Source: Candidatus Altimarinota bacterium (GTDB taxonomy: Bacteria > Patescibacteriota > Gracilibacteria > BD1-5 > UBA2023). From it: a DNA stretch of 64,000 nucleotides. This document shows positions 59,831 to 64,000 of this stretch, one piece after another. The translations under genes were made by a program, and so were the position numbers. Below the pieces are notes generated by a model, which did no database searches, was not told the DNA's origin, and was given only the letters and a program-made list of their open reading frames with translations. The stretch is taken from NCBI GenBank assembly GCA_024709505.1, contig JANJWP010000021.1:7989-71988 (forward strand). The letters are read 5' to 3'. Each line of letters opens with the position of its first letter. Within the stretch, counting starts at the first letter, position 1.

Positions 59831-61255
59831 TTAGGGGGAGGCGGAGATTTTTCGAGCCGAAAGAACGAGAAAAAACCCCGTTCCGAGAACGGCGAGTGTT
59901 TCAATCGAGGGGGATTCCAATACGATGGACGAGAATGTCCATCGGGAAGCGAAATCGGAAACCGCATTCATCCAAAACAACGCTCAATAGCCGATTGCGG
60001 CAAACATCGTGGCCGGCGCGTGAAGTTCGAGTCATTCGAAAATCAGCGCGGCTAAAGTTGGCATGACTGAGAACGCTAAAACGGGAACGACCAATACGTT
60101 TGACAAAATGGACAGGGTCGAGAACGTTTGAAATGAAGCGGCCGATACCGGAATGGTAGCCAGGGTTGCCGCGAGCGTGGCGGAAACCGTTTCTCGAATG
60201 GAGAAACGTTTCGGTACGAATGCGAGAGCGGCGGAAGCCCCCGTCGAAAGCGTTGTGATTCCGAGGGTTGCCGAAAAAGAAAGGAGAAAAGAAGCGCTTC
60301 ATCCGATGGACGGATCAATGAGTACCATGAGCGTTCAAGTACCGAAAAGCACGGGTACGGCATCGCACCGGAAGTAGGGTTCGGCAACGGTTGAAACCGT
60401 CGCCATGATCGCCGCGCGAATGATGGGAATGCCGTATCCGGCAAGGGCCGCATACCCCCATATCCCTAAAATCAGTACGAAAAATCTTGGAATGTTCGCC
60501 ATCCTTTTGGCAAATATGGCAAGGATTCATGAAAATGCCGCGACGTTTCCCCCGCTTGCGACCACCAGATGTGAAAGTCCGCTTTTTCGATAGGATTCGG
60601 AATCTTCTTCGGAAATTCCGGTTCCGTCTCAAAAGAGGATTCCCCGTGCCAATCCTGATTCCCGGCGGGGATACAGCTCCTCAACGATGTTTCCCAAACG
60701 TTCTCGGATTTTTGTGAAAAGCCCGCTTTGGGAAAGGCGCTCCGCCCTTTCGAAACGAAACGTCGGATAGGGGGAGTATTTTGAAACGACCCGTTTTCCC
60801 CGTGTGACTCGAACGGAACTTCCTTCGGAAACGCGGTCGAGCGGGGCATATATCCGCACTACGGCTTGCCCAGGAAAAGCGGTCCCGTTTATCGAAAGGA
60901 TTTTCAGATCAAACCCCGAAGTCCTCGTCGCTACGATTTTTCCGGTTAACTCTTCGGTTCCGTTCGAAGGGTTTTTGAGGGCGGCTTCGAATTTGGCCAT
61001 ATTTTCCGAACGCAATTCCGACCAAATCGAAATTGCGAGCAAAAAGGCGCAAAACCCGAGCGACCAGGCTTTGAGAATCGGTATTTTTCGAATGTTCGAA
61101 CCCAAAACGAACGCAAGGGCGACGCCAAGGGAAGCGAACGTTCCAAAAACACCCCAAACGCTCCATCCTACCGAAGCGGAAATGGTAGAAGCGCAAAAAA
61201 CGACGAAGAAAAGCTTCGAAGTTACTCGGGTTTGGCGATCATGTTCGCGAATCAT
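59831..61255 (-). CDS. comEC: ComEC/Rec2-family DNA internalisation channel, short form without beta-lactamase-fold domain (474 aa)
   Basis: Track ORF 60629..61255 extended by full hand translation through TGA at 60631, 60529, 60337, 60301, 60034 and 59986 (upper coordinates) to TAA 59833..59831. N-terminal TMs plus an OB-like insert (LTGKIVATRTSGFDLKILSINGTAFPGQAVVRIYAP). LARGILF[UGA]DGTGISEEDSESYRKSGLSHLVVASGGNVAAF, then a further TM bundle. The ATG overlaps the lgt 3' end by 34 nt, so the start is uncertain. Confidence 0.8.
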
Positions 61256-61989
61256 CGGATTGCCAAAAGCAGGCAGACGACCGCCATGATCTGCGTCAAA
61301 TTAAGAAAGAAAATGCTTTTAAGAGAATCTTCGGCCCCGTTCCAAAATTCTCCGATGAGAAGGACCGGTGCGAACGCCGCGATACCCAAATATCCAATAA
61401 GCCCGTCAATTTTTACGAACGCCGCACGGGCGATGTAAAAAATGACGAAGTAGAGGAAACAGAAAAACGAATAGATGAGCGCGAGAGGAATTACCGGCGA
61501 AGTGTAGGGATTTGCGCTTTCGGGCTCGGAATAGGTTATTCCAAACGGGAGCGTCGTGGGTTTTCCGTATACCTGTCCTCCGAGGAACGCTCAAAGATAT
61601 CCGATGATTCCCGCGAAAAAAAACGCGAGAATGACGGCGTCAAGGTATTTGTCGAGCGCAAGCTTATGTTTTTTCAGCCGGTAGACGAGCACGAGAAAAA
61701 ACCCGAACGCCCCTCATGCGAGCGAGAAATGGTAGTCGGAGGTGATAAAAAATCGAACGAACCCGTCAGAAACGACGTCCCGCCATTCCGAAAGCAGGTA
61801 GAAGAGCCGGGAAAACACGAAAGACGAAACGAAGAAGGAAAAAACGTTCCCGATGAAGAAATTCGTGTTGATTCCGAGTTTTCCCGAAAGCTTGTGGAGC
61901 ATTCAGAAAAAAAGCAGGAACGAAATCGACAGCGCGATTCCGAAGGTGTAGACGGTTATCCCGAAAGGGAGTTCGATTTGGGGGTACAT
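61222..61989 (-). CDS. lgt: Prolipoprotein diacylglyceryl transferase
   Basis: Hand-stitched from ATG 61989 through TGA at 61905..61903, 61716..61714, 61593..61591 and 61254..61252 to TAA 61224..61222. MYPQIELPFGITVYTFGIALSISF, [UGA]GAFGFFLV, FFFAGIIGYL[UGA]AFLGGQVYGKPTTLPFGITY (Lgt GR.GNF.N.E.YG.PT motif region). Only 61714..61902 is in the track. Confidence 0.75.
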
Positions 61990-62019
61990 GCCGGATTTTA
62001 ATACTAAACCGAACCGCTC

Positions 62020-63555
62020 TTAACGGGCGTATTCGACGACGCGTTTTTCGCGGATGAGGTTGACTTTCACTTCTCCCGGATAGGAGAGGTTCGCTTCGAT
62101 GGTTCCGGCAATTTCTCCGGCGAGTTTTTCCGCTTCGAGGTCGGAAACGGTATCGGCATCGACAAAAATTCGGACTTCCCGACCGGCCGAGAGAGCGTAG
62201 GCTTTCGAAACGCCCGAGAAACTCATGGCGAGATTTTCCATTTCCTGGATCCGCTTCACGTATTCTTCCGCGTTCATGCGGCGGGCGCCCGGACGAATGG
62301 CGCTGATGGCGTCGGCGATTTGAACGATCTTCGTTTCGATGCAGATTGCGGGGACGTCGTCGTGATGTCCTTCGATGATGTTGACGATACGTTCGTCGAG
62401 GCCGTATTTCCGAGCGATTTTCCCTCCGATTTCCGGATGGGTTCCTTCGATATCGTGGTCCATGGCCTTCCCGAGATCGTGCAGAAGTCCTCCCTTGAGG
62501 GCAAGGGCCGGATCGGCACCAATCTGTTTTGCGATGGCTTCCGCGATGTAGGCCACTTCCTTCGAATGCATGAGGATGTTTTGTCCGTAGCTCGTGCGGA
62601 AGCGGAACTTTCCAATGAGCGGAATGATTTCGTCGGGAATTCCAACGACTCCCATTTCGTTGACGGTCTTTTCGCCGAGATCGTAGATGAGTTTTTCCGC
62701 TTCCTTCTGATTTTCTTCGACGATTTCTTCGATGCGCGCCGGTTGGATGCGCTTGTCTTCGATAAGGGCTTCGAGGGATTTTTTCGCAATGTAGCGTCGG
62801 AAGAGGTCGAAACTTGAAAGGAAGACGGTATCCGGAGTGTCGTCGATAATGAGGGAGACGCCCGTCGAGCGTTCGAACGCGACGATGTTGCGGCCTTCCT
62901 TGCCAATAAGTTTTCCTTTGACGTCGTCAGACTCCAGCTTGACCATGGTCTGGGTCATTTCAGCCGTAACGTCCCCGGCGTATTGTTGGATGGATTTGAC
63001 GAGGATTTCTTGGGAAAGCTCACGCTCGCGCAACTTGAGTTCGGTGCGTTTTTTTCCCATGAGTCCGAGAATGTCCTTTTCGTAGCGTTCCTCCACCTGT
63101 TTAAGCAGGAGTTCTTTGGCGGTCTTTTCGTCCATTTTGGACACTTCGGACAACTTTGACCGCAATTCGTCTTTCAAGCGTTCTTGGGCATCTTTTAGGG
63201 CCGAAAGTTCCTGCTCCCGTTCGCGGAGGGAGTTTTGACGATGGTCGAGTTCTTCAAGCTTCCGATCGATGCGTTCGTCTTTTTCGACGACGCGGGCCTC
63301 TATTTCTTCGATTTTTTTCTGACGCTCCCGCGTTTCGCGACGTTCGTCTTCGATCTTTCTGCGTTCTTCTTCGAATCGCTCCCGTGCTTCGTCCTGTCTT
63401 CGGCGGGCTTTTTCTTCGGCTTCTCGGATGATGGAGTCTGCTTCGATTTTGGCTTTTTCGAGGGATTCGGCATTCCTTTTCGTCGCAAGGAAGTACGTCG
63501 CCCCCGCGCCCGCACCCCCCGCAAGGAGGATGCCGACGATGAGTTCCGGAGTCAT
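62020..63555 (-). CDS. rny: Ribonuclease Y
   Basis: N-terminal TM (LIVGILLAGGAGAGATYFL), long coiled coil, KH domain (GKLIGKEGRNIVAFERSTGVSLIIDD), HD domain (GGLLHDLGKA...IIEGHH). No TGA. Start trimmed to MTPELIV (ATG 63555). Confidence 0.9.
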   Translation of the reverse strand: MTPELIVGILLAGGAGAGATYFLATKRNAESLEKAKIEADSIIREAEEKARRRQDEARERFEEERRKIEDERRETRERQKKIEEIEARVVEKDERIDRKLEELDHRQNSLREREQELSALKDAQERLKDELRSKLSEVSKMDEKTAKELLLKQVEERYEKDILGLMGKKRTELKLRERELSQEILVKSIQQYAGDVTAEMTQTMVKLESDDVKGKLIGKEGRNIVAFERSTGVSLIIDDTPDTVFLSSFDLFRRYIAKKSLEALIEDKRIQPARIEEIVEENQKEAEKLIYDLGEKTVNEMGVVGIPDEIIPLIGKFRFRTSYGQNILMHSKEVAYIAEAIAKQIGADPALALKGGLLHDLGKAMDHDIEGTHPEIGGKIARKYGLDERIVNIIEGHHDDVPAICIETKIVQIADAISAIRPGARRMNAEEYVKRIQEMENLAMSFSGVSKAYALSAGREVRIFVDADTVSDLEAEKLAGEIAGTIEANLSYPGEVKVNLIREKRVVEYAR

Positions 63556-63739
63556 GTGATGGTCGTTAAGAGTTGCCCACTTGGGCGTTGAATGGAGTTT
63601 TTCTGACGCTCTTCGCACCGGAATAAGGAATTCCGGGCAGGGACACTATACCCGAAACGCGCGAAAGTCAACCGGCCGGACCGATTGCCGAACTTGTATT
63701 TCGCGGAAAATCCGCTATACGGAGGATACGGAAAAAACT

Positions 63740-64000
63740 ATGAAAAAATTCTTTTGCACGGAGTGTTCCTATCTTTATCGTCCGGCTTTCGGCGAAGAGG
63801 AGATGGGAATTCCGCCGGGAACCCCCTTTGAAACGGTCTCCGAAACGTTCCGCTGTCCCTCTTGCGGCGCGTCGGAAGAATTTTTCCATGCCGCCCGGGA
63901 GCACGTGAACGAACCACTCGAGCGCGACGATTTGTCCGACGAAGAATTTTCCCACGTTCCCCGTTATCGCCAAACTGATTCCGGAATTCTCGTTCGAATC
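63740..64000 (+). CDS. Rubredoxin-domain protein, probably fused to a superoxide-reductase-like domain (3' end outside the window)
   Basis: ATG 63740: MKKFFCTECSYLYRPAFGEEEMGIPPGTPFETVSETFRCPSCGASEEFF (rubredoxin CxxC...CPxC pattern), followed by ...EEFSHVPRYRQTDSGILVRI, which resembles the KHVP start of neelaredoxin/desulfoferrodoxin iron domains. Open to the window edge and not in the track. Confidence 0.55.
   Translation, partial: MKKFFCTECSYLYRPAFGEEEMGIPPGTPFETVSETFRCPSCGASEEFFHAAREHVNEPLERDDLSDEEFSHVPRYRQTDSGILVRI

Noticed and set aside
1-64000. Translation table 4 (UGA = Trp) as the explanation for read-through.
   Set aside because: The recoded positions are Walker A and other invariant glycines (GxxGxGKS/T, QGGP, LGAGF, PWPG, GKGS). 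Two align with GGN glycines in an in-window paralogue. Trp at these sites is not compatible with the families.

Overview
This is a 64-kb chromosomal window from a bacterium that looks GC-rich by eye (not computed). The key point is that the organism reads UGA as glycine (NCBI translation table 25, the Gracilibacteria / SR1-Absconditabacteria type of Patescibacteria/CPR). The supplied standard-code ORF track therefore splits about half of the genes into same-frame pieces separated only by TGA. I located 73 in-frame TGA codons in 26 genes by hand. Every TGA I could place against a remembered family motif, about two dozen of them, falls on a conserved Gly. Every gene end I mapped is TAA or TAG.

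After read-through stitching the window holds about 60 protein genes and 3 tRNAs (Thr-UGU, Tyr-GUA, Leu-UAG, all with encoded CCA).

- **Housekeeping genes:** frr, mfd, holA, trmD, prmC, fmt, typA, rpsU, rlmH, rpmE, rluD-like, rluB, murB, uvrA, ctpA, glyA, lgt, rny.
- **Envelope and DNA-translocation genes:**
  - Two paralogous VirD4/TraD-like coupling ATPases. One is followed by a triple-fused T4SS-pilin-like protein, the other by a secreted helical protein.
  - An 1181-aa SLH-domain S-layer protein with a consensus promoter and a leader of about 355 nt.
  - Three type IV pilin-like genes, comM, comEC, comF, a sortase with a candidate substrate, and a WecA-type GT4.
  - Several large secreted or membrane proteins of unknown family.

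I recognised no rRNA, CRISPR array, transposase, integrase or relaxase. All coordinates and translations are hand-derived. Family assignments rest on remembered motifs, not on searches.
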